A stretch of DNA of 64,000 nucleotides from NCBI GenBank assembly GCA_035280205.1, contig DATEGI010000046.1:4698-68697 (forward strand), written 5' to 3'. The position numbers and the translations under genes are program-made. How positions within the stretch are numbered: the stretch's first letter is position 1; each line of letters opens with the position of its first letter. Below, one piece after another: positions 1 through 9,425 of the stretch. The stretch comes from Terriglobales bacterium. GTDB lineage: Bacteria; Acidobacteriota; Terriglobia; Terriglobales; Acidobacteriaceae. A model generated the notes under the pieces. The model was not told the DNA's origin and ran no database searches. It was given only the letters and a program-made list of their open reading frames with translations.

Positions 1-71
1 AGGAAATCTACGCGCTGGATTGGGAACTGCCGTAAGTACGGCTCTTAGCTATTGGCTCTTAGCGCGTATTC

Positions 72-103
72 CCGAAAACAAAAAGCGGGCCGTAGCCCGC
101 CTT
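72..103 (-). terminator. Rho-independent terminator downstream of pruA
   Basis: Minus-strand hairpin GCGGGC-TACG-GCCCGC (plus coords 85-100) followed by TTTTTGTTTT (plus 72-84), about 20 nt after the pruA stop. Confidence 0.7.
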
Positions 104-121
104 CGTCTCACAAGAGAAGTT

Positions 122-1714
122 CTAAGTGTTCTTGATCCCCACCGATTTGGCCTGGGTGAAGAGATACAAATAATCCGGGCCGCCGGATTTGGAATCCGTT
201 CCCGACATGTTAAAGCCGCCGAAGGGATGTGCTCCCACGATGGCTCCCGTGCACTTGCGGTTGATGTACAGGTTGCCAACGTGGAACTCGCGGATGGCGC
301 GGTCAATCTTGTCCTTGGAACTGGAGTAGATGGCTCCGGTGAGGCCGAATTCGGTGTCGTTGGCAATCTGCAAAGCGTGGTCGAAATTGTGCGACTTGAT
401 GACAGCCAGCACCGGCCCGAAAATCTCTTCCTGCTCGATGCGGTCGCCGGGCTTGACGTCGGCAATAACGGTGGGTTGGACGAACCAGCCGTCGCCGGCA
501 TTGCTGTCGCGTTTGCCGCCGGTCAACAGGCGTCCGCCTTGCTTCTGGCCCACTTCGATGTACTCAAGAATGGACTTCATGGAACCTTCATTGACTACCG
601 GCCCCATGCCCGGATTCTTCGTGGGGTCACCGACGGTGATTTTCTCCACCCGCGCTTTCAGGCGCTCCAGGAACTTGTCGTAGATGCGCTCGTCAATGAT
701 GGCACGCGAGCAGGCGGAGCATTTCTGCCCGGAAAAGCCGAAAGCGGCTGCAGCCACGCCGTCCACGGCGGAATCCAGGTTGGCGTCGGCATCCACGATG
801 ATGGCGTCCTTGCCGCCCATCTCCAGGATGGTGCGCTTGATCCAGATTTGCCCGGAAGCCTGCTCGGCGGCGCGCTTGTTGATGTCCAGACCAACTTCCC
901 GCGAGCCGGTGAAGGCGATGAAGCGTGTTTTGGGATGCGCCACCACGGCATTGCCGAAGCTGGCGCCCGCGCCGGGGCAGAAGTTGACCACGCCTTCGGG
1001 CAAGCCGGCCTCTTCCAGCGCCTCCACAAATTTCGCCGCGATGGCCGGCGAGTCACTGGAGGGCTTCAGGATGACGGTGTTGCCGCACACAATGGAAGCC
1101 AGGGTCATGCCGCCCATGATGGCGCTGGGGAAATTCCACGGCGGAATCACCGCACCCACGCCTAGCGGTATATACATCAGCAGGTCGCGCTCGCCCGGCA
1201 GTTGCACCGGCGGCTCCGCCTTGGCCAGGCGCAGCGCCTCGCGCGAGTAGAACTCGCAGAAGTCAATCAGTTCGGCGATGTCGGCGTCCGCCTCGGCGAA
1301 GTTCTTGCCCACTTCGAATACCATCCAGGCGGCATATTCGAACTTGCGCTCGCGCAGGATTTCGCCGGTGCGGAATACGATGGCGGCGCGTTCCTCAACG
1401 GATGTGCGGCTCCAGCTTTCGAATGCCCGTAAAGCCGCGTCCATGGCCGGTTCCACCTGCTCTTTACCGGCCTTCTGAAAAAGGCCGACCAGTTCCGAGG
1501 GTTTGGCCGGGTTGATGGACTTGATCTTGTCCGGGGTTTTCACCCGGCGTCCGCCAATGATCAGGTCGTACTCGCGGCCAAGCTGGCCGCGAACCTTCTC
1601 GACGGCCGCCCGCATCTTGCGCGCGTTTTCTTCGCGCGTGAAGTCGGTCAACGGCTCATTAACGAATGGCCCTTCATGAATCCGCGCCCGCGGTGGGGCT
1701 TGCACTGTAGCCAT
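122..1714 (-). CDS. pruA: L-glutamate gamma-semialdehyde (1-pyrroline-5-carboxylate) dehydrogenase, aldehyde dehydrogenase superfamily
   Basis: ORF 122..1909; ATG at 1714 gives MATVQAPP.... ALDH motifs EMGGKD and FGFSGQKCSACSR (catalytic Cys). P5CDH-type C-terminus GGFNMSGTDSKSGGPDYL. Confidence 0.9.
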   Translation of the reverse strand: MATVQAPPRARIHEGPFVNEPLTDFTREENARKMRAAVEKVRGQLGREYDLIIGGRRVKTPDKIKSINPAKPSELVGLFQKAGKEQVEPAMDAALRAFESWSRTSVEERAAIVFRTGEILRERKFEYAAWMVFEVGKNFAEADADIAELIDFCEFYSREALRLAKAEPPVQLPGERDLLMYIPLGVGAVIPPWNFPSAIMGGMTLASIVCGNTVILKPSSDSPAIAAKFVEALEEAGLPEGVVNFCPGAGASFGNAVVAHPKTRFIAFTGSREVGLDINKRAAEQASGQIWIKRTILEMGGKDAIIVDADANLDSAVDGVAAAAFGFSGQKCSACSRAIIDERIYDKFLERLKARVEKITVGDPTKNPGMGPVVNEGSMKSILEYIEVGQKQGGRLLTGGKRDSNAGDGWFVQPTVIADVKPGDRIEQEEIFGPVLAVIKSHNFDHALQIANDTEFGLTGAIYSSSKDKIDRAIREFHVGNLYINRKCTGAIVGAHPFGGFNMSGTDSKSGGPDYLYLFTQAKSVGIKNT

Positions 1715-1936
1715 GATTGCGCCTCTCTCTTTGTCCCAGGAGAACCCGGGAGAAGGTAGGAAACCATCAATTATAGCGGAGCCGCGAATCAATAACTCAC
1801 ACGAGTTGCGGGACATTGCTACGCATTGCGGTAAATAGCGCAGTGGCACGGGCTTACAGACAAAGGCATCGCCAACGGTCACAAGTGGCCGGCTTGCTGG
1901 TGGGCACAAAAGATAGTCAGCGTCGATCTGACACGC

Positions 1937-2872
1937 CTAAGACTGGACGGGCGATGCCGCTGTGTAGGTGAATGAAGAAATGTACATGTAGCGGCTCACG
2001 CCGACTGTGGCCAGCCCACCCCAGCCTGTGCTGTTCGTTCCCCAATGATTGATCATCACGTAGGCGGGAACCTGCGGGATGTTCTCCGTATGCGTCGAAA
2101 CCAAAATGCCATCAACGTAGTAGTCGATCTCACCGGGCGACCAGACTAACTTGTATCGGTGAAAATTCCCCGCGAGGGGCGCCTGCAGGGAGGTATCCGA
2201 ATACTGTTTGAGAGATGTGCCTAACCAATTCGTCATCCAGACCGTGTCCGGGTTCTGCCCTTCGATCTCGAAATCGATCTCGGTGGTGCTGGCGTCTATA
2301 AATGTAAAGCCGGATGAAATCTGCCCTGACACGGCGCTGCCTTCACCGTAAGGCGTGACGGAGGTCGAACTGGTCCGCATGACCCACTCGTAGGTGCCGA
2401 AGCCAAACGCTTGCTTGCTTTGCAACTCCGCACCGGTCGAGATCACGCCCGTGCCACCCTGCTGCTGTTCCAGTTTAAGGCAGAGCACACCCTGCGATAG
2501 ATCAACGTTCGCCGGGGTAAAGGATCCTTGGTTGACGCCGGCGATTGAGCCTGGCGCTCCCCAATTTGAGACGACCCACTTCGACAGGTCTAGCTGGCCG
2601 GTATCGAACCGGTCACTAAATGTCGGAGCGGGTGTCGGGGCAGGTGTCGGAGCGGGTGTGGGAGCAGGTGTCGGAGCGGGTGTCGGAGCGGGAGCAGGGG
2701 CTGGATTAACAGTTGGAGATGGAGTTGGCGCTGGATTAAACGCAGATGCAGGTGGAGAAATCGCGCTGGTTGGTTGCGAATTACGCACCGAGGAGCAGCC
2801 AATTGTGGTTGCAATCAGCAGCACAAGAAGAAAGTGCTGGAAACGGCTGCTGTCTACCTGTTTCTGCATCAC
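1937..2872 (-). CDS. GH16-like (concanavalin-like glucanase) lipoprotein with Pro/Ala/Thr linker
   Basis: Signal peptide plus lipobox (LLIATTIGC), (APTP)n linker, GH16-type catalytic motif EIDFEIEG. Confidence 0.75.
   Translation of the reverse strand: MMQKQVDSSRFQHFLLVLLIATTIGCSSVRNSQPTSAISPPASAFNPAPTPSPTVNPAPAPAPTPAPTPAPTPAPTPAPTPAPTFSDRFDTGQLDLSKWVVSNWGAPGSIAGVNQGSFTPANVDLSQGVLCLKLEQQQGGTGVISTGAELQSKQAFGFGTYEWVMRTSSTSVTPYGEGSAVSGQISSGFTFIDASTTEIDFEIEGQNPDTVWMTNWLGTSLKQYSDTSLQAPLAGNFHRYKLVWSPGEIDYYVDGILVSTHTENIPQVPAYVMINHWGTNSTGWGGLATVGVSRYMYISSFTYTAASPVQS
2621..2704. repeat. 12-nt tandem repeat (TGTCGGAGCGGG-like, about 6-7 units) inside the GH16 gene
   Basis: Read directly. It encodes the PAPTPAPTPAPT... 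linker on the minus strand. Confidence 0.9.
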
Positions 2873-3289
2873 ACGGTTTTACTTCGATGAAGGTTCCAAC
2901 TATCCAGTTCTGTCTAGCTCTTAGTGTGGAAGAATGAAATTCCGCAGTCATGATTACGGTCGTGCTAGCGACACCATCGTGCCTGCCCACCTGAAGTTCC
3001 CCTTAGTAACCGCAAGAATCGCTCGGGGACAAAATAGCTCCTGGCCAGCCCTGCAAAAAGCTCAACGAACACAAGCGATTAGGACGGGGCGCTCGCTTGC
3101 GGGTGCCGTCCTGGAATCTCCGCTTGGAGTTCGATTAAAACGTATTGAACAAACTGAAATGGTTGGGCCTTGGTTAGCTCGGCGGGCGATAGGAATCATC
3201 CGCTTTTGGCTCCAATTCCTATCGGTGAGCTGACACGGCAGATTTCTAAGCCCTTTAAAAACAAGCACTTAAGGCGGACCAACATCTTG

Positions 3290-3317
3290 TTTACAAAAGG
3301 AATCTAAGTTCTACATA
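3290..3317 (+). promoter_or_regulatory. Possible sigma-70-type promoter (TTTACA-16 nt-TACATA) for a small ORF
   Basis: TTTACA at 3290-3295 and TACATA at 3312-3317, about 40 nt upstream of the GGAGG/ATG at 3342/3354. Confidence 0.3.
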
Positions 3318-3353
3318 ACACCGGGGCTTACTAAGTGCCCGTCGGAGGCAACC

Positions 3354-3461
3354 ATGTGGGCAGCGGCGCTATTAACTCTGCTGGCGGTTCTGATCGCGGC
3401 GGCTGTAGCCGCGGCACGCGAGGTAAAGGACGAGCCTCGCCCTCCCTTCGGCTGCTGTTGA
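3354..3461 (+). CDS. Small hydrophobic protein, 35 aa (MWAAALLTLLAVLIAAAVAAAREVKDEPRPPFGCC)
   Basis: Below the ORF-track cut-off; translated by hand. GGAGG lies 5 nt upstream of the ATG. One predicted TM helix. Followed by the 3469-3545 hairpin. Confidence 0.35.
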   Translation: MWAAALLTLLAVLIAAAVAAAREVKDEPRPPFGCC

Positions 3462-3468
3462 AGAGGCA

Positions 3469-3545
3469 GGTAGCTGGTAGTCGGTAGCTGGTAGTTGGTC
3501 ATGAGGCGGTCCTGACCGACTACCCAATGCCAGCTTCCAATTACC
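3469..3545. repeat. Heptad-word hairpin (GGTAGCT GGTAGTC GGTAGCT GGTAGTT GGTC ... GACCGACTACCCAATGCCAGCTTCCAATTACC)
   Basis: Two imperfectly complementary arms with 7-nt periodicity. The right arm overlaps the stop codon (3541-3543) of the hydrolase gene. Confidence 0.8.
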
Positions 3546-4593
3546 GTTTTCCCAAGAAATCAGCAATTGCGGCACCTACCTTGGCCTGCTCGCAGCCCGG
3601 GCCGAGATGCCCGCAGTCGTTCTCCAGCACCAGCGTCTGGGCGCCTTTGAGCTTGGCGAAGTCGAGCGCCGGGCCGGGCGTGACCATGTGGTCGTGGGCG
3701 TCCACAATGATCAGCATGGGCGCCTTCACCGCGGCCGCGGCCTTCTCCATGGAACCGCCGAAGGGCGCGCTCACATCCAGTCCCATCATGGCCTGCGCCT
3801 GGCGAATACGGTCATTGCTGTCGAAGTGAGTGTCCGGGGATTCCTTCAATGCCGCAAAGAATTTTTGCCGCGTCATCTCCTGGTTGTAGTGCTCGGGAGT
3901 GGAGAGTGCCAGGTCGCTAATATGCTCTACCTCGCGCGGCACCGGTTGCTGGCTGTAATTGCCATCCTTCCACAGCGGGTTTTGCTCGACGGCGTCAATC
4001 ATGGTTTGCCACAGCAACAGGTCGTAAGGCGCCAGGCGCGGCGAGCCCACGATAGGAATCGCCTTGTCCATGAAGTCGGGATAGGCGACGGCCCATTGAA
4101 AAGTCTGCATGCCGCCCATGGAGATGCCCATGACCGCATGGACATGAGTCAGGTGTAGCGCGCGGGTGAGCAACTCGTGCTGGCTCTCCACCATGTCGCG
4201 AATGCCGAATTGCGGAAATTTCATGCGCGGCTGCGCCTGGCTGTTAGAAGGCGAGCAGGAGACGCCATCACCCAAAGCGTCCACCGCGACCACGAAATAC
4301 TTCGTGCTGTCCACTAGCTTGCCGGGGCCAATCAACTCCACCAGGTTCTGCGTGCGCCCGCCAAACCAGGTGGGGAACAGGACGGCGTTGGACTTATCGT
4401 CGTTGAGCTGTCCGAAGGTGCGATAGCCGAGGCGGCACTCGCGGATAACCTCATCATTCTGCAGCTTGAGGTTGCCGATATCGGCGAATTGCTGCGCGCC
4501 AGCCGCCGGTGGCGCCTGCGCGCTGGCGGTCATCAGCAAAGTAAACAGCACGATGAACAGTTGCTGTGTTTTCATAAACATTGCGGCTGGCAT
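3541..4593 (-). CDS. Secreted alpha/beta hydrolase, homoserine O-acetyltransferase (MetX)-like fold
   Basis: GISMGGMQTFQWA nucleophile-elbow region. Signal peptide MKTQQLFIVLFTLLMTASAQA. Candidate starts at 4593, 4581 and 4575; the ORF extension to 4710 is unlikely. Confidence 0.8.
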   Translation of the reverse strand: MPAAMFMKTQQLFIVLFTLLMTASAQAPPAAGAQQFADIGNLKLQNDEVIRECRLGYRTFGQLNDDKSNAVLFPTWFGGRTQNLVELIGPGKLVDSTKYFVVAVDALGDGVSCSPSNSQAQPRMKFPQFGIRDMVESQHELLTRALHLTHVHAVMGISMGGMQTFQWAVAYPDFMDKAIPIVGSPRLAPYDLLLWQTMIDAVEQNPLWKDGNYSQQPVPREVEHISDLALSTPEHYNQEMTRQKFFAALKESPDTHFDSNDRIRQAQAMMGLDVSAPFGGSMEKAAAAVKAPMLIIVDAHDHMVTPGPALDFAKLKGAQTLVLENDCGHLGPGCEQAKVGAAIADFLGKR

Positions 4594-4857
4594 TGTAATA
4601 CGTGGTCCTCCAACGTGAGGCATTTGCAGCCGCGCAACGCGCCAGATGTCAGCTAGACACATACAAAAAACTGTATTGGCGCTATGTAAATTGGTGTATC
4701 GTATCGCCACACGATAAGTCTAAGTTGTTGATTCTTGTCGCAGTTGAACACCCACCCCTCAAGCGGAGTTGGGTCGGTAAATTGCAGAGTTGAAGATCAA
4801 TTCTCGGGTCCATCTGTTCACAAAAACCTGGTTCAGAAGAACTGATAGGAGCGCCAG

Positions 4858-7800
4858 ATGCGCATCGCTAAGCTCATCTCCCTCTTCGTACTCGCTGGGC
4901 TGCTCAGCGCCTACGTCTGCGCCCAAACGGGCACCACTTCTCTGCGCGGCACCATAACCGACCCCAATGGGGCGGTTATCCCCGGGGCAACGGTCACCCT
5001 GTCGAACCCGCAGACGGGTTACTCGCGCACAGTTAAATCGAGCACTCAGGGGGAATATCAGTTTCTTGATGTGCCTCCGGCCACTTATACGGTCATCGCC
5101 GATGCTGCCGGCTTCGCCAAGTACAAGCAGGACTTTGTGGCGTTGCTGGTCAATACGCCTTCACGGCTCGACCTGAGCATGCAGGTAGCCGGCACCGCGA
5201 CCACCATCGAGGTTACCGGGGCGGCTCCCCTGGTGAATACGACAGACGCTTCCCTAGGCGCCGCCTTCAGCGAACAGCAGGTGAAGCAGCTTCCCCTGGA
5301 GGGGCGCAATATCCCTGACCTGCTGACGCTGGAAGCGGGCGTGGTTTATACCGGCAACCGTTCGGACATTAACAAAGACACGGATACACGCAGCGGCGCG
5401 GTCAATGGCTCGCGCAGCGACCAGAGCAATATCACGCTCGACGGCGTGGATGTGAACGACCAGGTGAACGGTTACGCTTTTACCTCCGTTTTGCCGGTAA
5501 CCGCAGATTCACTGCAGGAATTCCGCACTACCACGACTAATTATGGCGCTGACCAGGGCCGCTCCTCCGGAGCGCAGGTTTCGCTGGTTACCAAGAGCGG
5601 CACCAATGGCTTCCACGGTTCGCTCTACGAGTACCACCGCAATACCTTTACCAGCGCCAATGACTTCTTCGTGAAGCAGGCGGAGTTGGCGCAAGGACAG
5701 CCCAACAGCCCTCTGAAGCTGATCCGCAACATCTTCGGCGGCTCGCTGGGCGGCCCCATACTGAAAAATCGCCTGTTCTTCTTCGTCAACTATGAAGGTT
5801 CTCGTCAGCGCGAAGAGGCCAGCGTGCTGCGCATCGTGCCCAGCGACGCCCTGCGCGATGGGGTTACGATCTACCAGTGCCAGGATGCCACCCAGTGCCC
5901 GGCCGCGACGGTGCAGGGTCTAAGCGGCGCGGGCCACGCGGTGCCGGCCGGATATTTCGGTTTAACTCCATCGCAGCTGCAAGGTATGGATCCGCTCGGC
6001 AAAAAAGGGGGTCCAAACCCAGTTATGCTGGGGTACTTCAATACCTTTCCCCACACGAACGATGTGTCTGCCGGCGACGGCTTCAACTTTGTCGGCTACC
6101 GATTCAAAGGTGCGACGCCCATCAATAACAACTGGTACATCGCGCGCCTGGACTACAAAATCACGGAAAATGGCAACCACAGCCTGTTCTGGCGGGGCGC
6201 CATGCGCAATGACCTGAAGTCCGACGTGCCCTATCTGGATCAGGGCGGGCCGGCGGGTTCGCAGATTCCGCTGCACAACACCGCTGACTTCAGCAAGGGT
6301 TTCAGCGTAGGCTACACGGCAGTGCTTCGCCCCACGTTGATTAACAATTTCCGCTGGGGTTATACCCGCCAAAGCGTCGGGATTATCGGCAACAATGATT
6401 CCCAGCCATTTCTATTTTTCCGCGGCTTGAATGACGATGAGGGCGCCAACAACTCTGAACTGGCGGTCACACGCAGCCGCAAGTACCAGACGCCGGTGCA
6501 CAATTTCGTGGACGACATCTCCTGGAGCCGGGGAAAGCACACCTTCCAATTCGGTGGGGACGTGCGGTTTATCCGCAATCCAAAATCGAATTTCCTGAAT
6601 TCGTTCAGCGATTCGTTTACCAACTCCTCGGGTTTGGATACTGCCGGCATCGCCAACACCTCCAGCCCGCTCGATCCGGGTAACAACACTAACCCGGCGA
6701 CGGGTCAGCTTTATCCGGCGGTCAACACCGATTTCAACCTAAATTACAACTGGCCCGTCATTGCCCTGACAGGCATCCTCAGCCAGCTCGATGCGCAGTA
6801 CAACTACACCAAGACTGGAGCCGTGTTGCCCCAGGGTGCTCCTGTTACCCGGAGCTTTGGAGCGGATGAGTTTGAGTTCTACGCCCAGGATGCGTTCCGG
6901 CTAAAGCCGAACCTGACCATCACTTACGGTTTGCGCTATTCGCTGTTCTCGCCTCCGTGGGAGACCAATGGCACCCAGGTAGCGCCTTCCGTCAGCCTGG
7001 GCAAGTGGTTTCAGACCCGTGGCCAGGACATGAATGCTGGCATCGCTCCCAACCTGCCGCCCATCAGCTTTTCTTTGGCCGGTCCGGCCAACGGCGCTAA
7101 GGGCTACTACAACTGGGACTACCACAACTTTGCTCCGCGCCTGGCCTTTGCCTACTCCCCTCGTCCCAGTTCAGGCTGGCTCAAGAGCCTGTTCGGGGAC
7201 AACGACAAAACCTCGATCCGCGCCGGATTCGGGATGGTTTATGACCGCATCGGCGCGGGCTTGCTGAATACCTTCGACCGATACGGCTCTTTTGGGCTTT
7301 CCACTAACCTGACTAACTCCATTATCCCGTCGGTCGCGAGCGCGCCTCGGGTCACTGGGCTGAACACGGTTCCGGTTTTTGACCAGAATGGTACGCGCCT
7401 GCTGCCGGCGGCGCCGCCAGGAGGATTCCCCTACACGCCTCCCGCTTCCGGAAGTGGCCTGGGTATTTATTGGGGGTTGGACGACACCATCAAAACGCCG
7501 TACTCGTACACAGCGGACTTGTCCATATCCCGTCAGCTGCCGAAGAACATGCTGCTGAACGTCTCCTACGTGGGACGCTTTGCGCATCGGCTGCTCAGCC
7601 AGGAAGACCTGGCTATGCCGCTCAACCTGGTGGACAAGAAGACCGGCATTACTTACTTCGAAGCCGCCAGCCGCATCAGCCAAATGGCAGCTGCCGGCGT
7701 AACCCCGTCGCAGGTCGCCAGCCATCCCGGCATGATTGGTCCTACCGCGGCTTATTGGAAGGATATTATTTCCCCGATCAAACCGGGCTCAGGCGATATG

Positions 7801-8838
7801 TACAGCACCCCTGGCTGCGGACCTTCCAGCACCAATGCAGCGGTAGCAGCTTTCGTTCTGTTCAGCTGCAACGTGTTCAACGAAACCACCCCGCTTAGCC
7901 AGTTGGATTTCCTGGGTTCCGATTTCTCCGGCATTCCAGGCATCGCGGGGACGCTAACTGATTCCCAGGGATTTCCCCTGAATTATTATCCCTCGGTGTT
8001 TGGAGCTAACACGTTTTTCGACCCTCAGTTCCACTCGCTCTACGCATGGCGTTCCATCGGCAATGCTAACTACAACGCATTGCAAGTGAACCTTCGAAAA
8101 GCCATGTCTCAGGGGCTGCAGTTTGACTTCAACTACACCTTTTCCAAATCCATTGATCTCTCCTCCGACGCCGAACGCATCACCGAGTGGGGAGGATTGG
8201 GCGGTCAGATCATCAACTCGTGGCAACCCGACCAACTACGTGCCGTTTCGGATTTTGATGCCCGCCACCAGTTCAACATGAACTGGATCTGGCAAATGCC
8301 CTTTGGCAAAGGCAGAACGCTGGCGCGTGATGCCGGCGGCGTGGTAGACGCCATTATCGGTGGCTGGCAGCTCTCTGGGCTGGCGCGCTGGACCAGCGGT
8401 TTCCCCGTCAGCATCGCCAATGGCGGCACCTGGCCCACGAACTGGCAGTTGGGCGGAGCTGCCACGCAGATCGCACCCGCTCACACGGGTGTGACAGAAA
8501 ATGCCGATGGCTCCGTGAACCTCTTCCCCGAGCCTCAGGGGGTGAGCGGAATCCAGGCTTTCCGGCATGACTTTCCCGGCGAGAGCGGCATGCGCAACAC
8601 GTTGCGCGGACCGGGTTACGCCGGGCTTGATGCTGGCTTGGATAAAACCTGGAAAATGCCCTACAACGAAGCGCACAGCGTGCAGTTCCGCTGGGAGGTA
8701 TTCAACGTCCTTAACCTGACCCGCTTTGACGTGCAGAGCATTACCAACGCGATTGACGAGTCCACCGCCTTCGGCAAGTTCAGCGGCCTGCTCACCAATC
8801 CGCGCGTGATGCAGTTCGCACTGCGGTACGACTTCTGA
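4858..8838 (+). CDS. TonB-dependent receptor with N-terminal carboxypeptidase-regulatory-like domain (1326 aa)
   Basis: Signal peptide. GTITDPNGAVIPGATVTL...YQF CarboxypepD_reg signature, plug region, very long beta-barrel, C-terminal ...FALRYDF. Confidence 0.9.
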   Translation: MRIAKLISLFVLAGLLSAYVCAQTGTTSLRGTITDPNGAVIPGATVTLSNPQTGYSRTVKSSTQGEYQFLDVPPATYTVIADAAGFAKYKQDFVALLVNTPSRLDLSMQVAGTATTIEVTGAAPLVNTTDASLGAAFSEQQVKQLPLEGRNIPDLLTLEAGVVYTGNRSDINKDTDTRSGAVNGSRSDQSNITLDGVDVNDQVNGYAFTSVLPVTADSLQEFRTTTTNYGADQGRSSGAQVSLVTKSGTNGFHGSLYEYHRNTFTSANDFFVKQAELAQGQPNSPLKLIRNIFGGSLGGPILKNRLFFFVNYEGSRQREEASVLRIVPSDALRDGVTIYQCQDATQCPAATVQGLSGAGHAVPAGYFGLTPSQLQGMDPLGKKGGPNPVMLGYFNTFPHTNDVSAGDGFNFVGYRFKGATPINNNWYIARLDYKITENGNHSLFWRGAMRNDLKSDVPYLDQGGPAGSQIPLHNTADFSKGFSVGYTAVLRPTLINNFRWGYTRQSVGIIGNNDSQPFLFFRGLNDDEGANNSELAVTRSRKYQTPVHNFVDDISWSRGKHTFQFGGDVRFIRNPKSNFLNSFSDSFTNSSGLDTAGIANTSSPLDPGNNTNPATGQLYPAVNTDFNLNYNWPVIALTGILSQLDAQYNYTKTGAVLPQGAPVTRSFGADEFEFYAQDAFRLKPNLTITYGLRYSLFSPPWETNGTQVAPSVSLGKWFQTRGQDMNAGIAPNLPPISFSLAGPANGAKGYYNWDYHNFAPRLAFAYSPRPSSGWLKSLFGDNDKTSIRAGFGMVYDRIGAGLLNTFDRYGSFGLSTNLTNSIIPSVASAPRVTGLNTVPVFDQNGTRLLPAAPPGGFPYTPPASGSGLGIYWGLDDTIKTPYSYTADLSISRQLPKNMLLNVSYVGRFAHRLLSQEDLAMPLNLVDKKTGITYFEAASRISQMAAAGVTPSQVASHPGMIGPTAAYWKDIISPIKPGSGDMYSTPGCGPSSTNAAVAAFVLFSCNVFNETTPLSQLDFLGSDFSGIPGIAGTLTDSQGFPLNYYPSVFGANTFFDPQFHSLYAWRSIGNANYNALQVNLRKAMSQGLQFDFNYTFSKSIDLSSDAERITEWGGLGGQIINSWQPDQLRAVSDFDARHQFNMNWIWQMPFGKGRTLARDAGGVVDAIIGGWQLSGLARWTSGFPVSIANGGTWPTNWQLGGAATQIAPAHTGVTENADGSVNLFPEPQGVSGIQAFRHDFPGESGMRNTLRGPGYAGLDAGLDKTWKMPYNEAHSVQFRWEVFNVLNLTRFDVQSITNAIDESTAFGKFSGLLTNPRVMQFALRYDF

Positions 8839-8862
8839 GCGGCGCTCAAATCTGTTGGTCTC

Positions 8863-8892
8863 GGGGGCGGATCTTCCGCCCCCGATTTTTTT
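8863..8892 (+). terminator. Rho-independent terminator after the TonB-dependent receptor gene
   Basis: GGGGGCGG-atctt-CCGCCCCC followed by GATTTTTTT. Confidence 0.85.
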
Positions 8893-9034
8893 GGCATTCG
8901 TGATTGCCGGGTTGGTGGCGCGGACGCCTGCGAGACGGCGGAAAGCATTACACCCACTTGGAGGACACCGCAGGGGCAGTTGGTCGGGCGGCTTGGCCTT
9001 GCGGGCTCGCGGCTAGCGGCTCTTGATTTCCGCC

Positions 9035-9250
9035 TTACTGCAGCGGCGAGTCGCTCATGCGGAACCGGGTTCGGAAGTGCTCGGACAACAATTCGATGGC
9101 GGGCCGATTGCCTTGCGGATCTGACTGCGCCAGATACTTCAGAGCCTGCACGAGCACGCGTTGGCCTTCCACATAGCGCGGGTCGGCCTTGCGCTCACGT
9201 TTACGGGGGACGGGATTGGGCCGTACGGGAATGGTGAATACTTTAGCCAT
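9035..9250 (-). CDS. Hypothetical small protein (71 aa)
   Basis: ATG start and plausible amino-acid composition, compared with the Arg/Ala/Gly-rich antisense ORF 8980..9237. No recognisable domain and a weak RBS. Confidence 0.4.
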   Translation of the reverse strand: MAKVFTIPVRPNPVPRKRERKADPRYVEGQRVLVQALKYLAQSDPQGNRPAIELLSEHFRTRFRMSDSPLQ

Positions 9251-9425
9251 GATAAGAATCAGTGCCTTAGGAGTCTGACACTCCTGTCAGCTTGGATGCG
9301 CCAGACAATTTTTAGAGTATAGCCCGTGGGTGCTCTGGCTCCAATTTATTTTGTGAGTACGTGGGTCAGCCACACCTAATACGGGAAGTCGTTCATTCTG
9401 CGGCACAAAGGGCGCCGAACGGCTG

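Noticed and set aside
20-1165. Long antisense ORFs. Examples: 20..1165(+), 15897..16781(+), 17452..18846(+), 19579..20805(-), 22183..23307(+), 26469..27530(+), 31630..32805(-), 34268..35155(+), 35879..36913(+), 47370..48146(-), 48285..49109(-), 49440..50300(-), 50758..52128(-), 53107..54024(+), 61573..62451(+), 62909..63400(-), 63494..63985(-).
   Set aside because: All lie opposite genes with strong family signatures. They have Arg/Ala/Gly/His-rich low-complexity translations typical of shadow frames in high-GC DNA, and none shows a recognisable domain.
3120-3140. GGAGTTCGATTAAAAC resembling a tRNA T-arm (GGTTCGAAT).
   Set aside because: No acceptor stem, D-arm or anticodon arm can be built from the flanking sequence. 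No tRNA-like cloverleaf is seen anywhere in the window.
2934-3233. ORFs 2934..3233(+), 3062..3268(-), 3311..3502(-) and 3372..3575(-) in the GH16-hydrolase spacer.
   Set aside because: They have no SD, an odd composition and overlapping mutually exclusive frames. Two of them translate the heptad hairpin. Only the 35-aa ORF at 3354 has translation signals.
8980-9237. Plus-strand ORF (85 aa) overlapping the 9035..9250 minus-strand ORF.
   Set aside because: It has a TTG start and an Arg/Ala/Gly-rich composition. The minus-strand frame has a more protein-like composition. Neither has homology support, so even the minus-strand call is low confidence.
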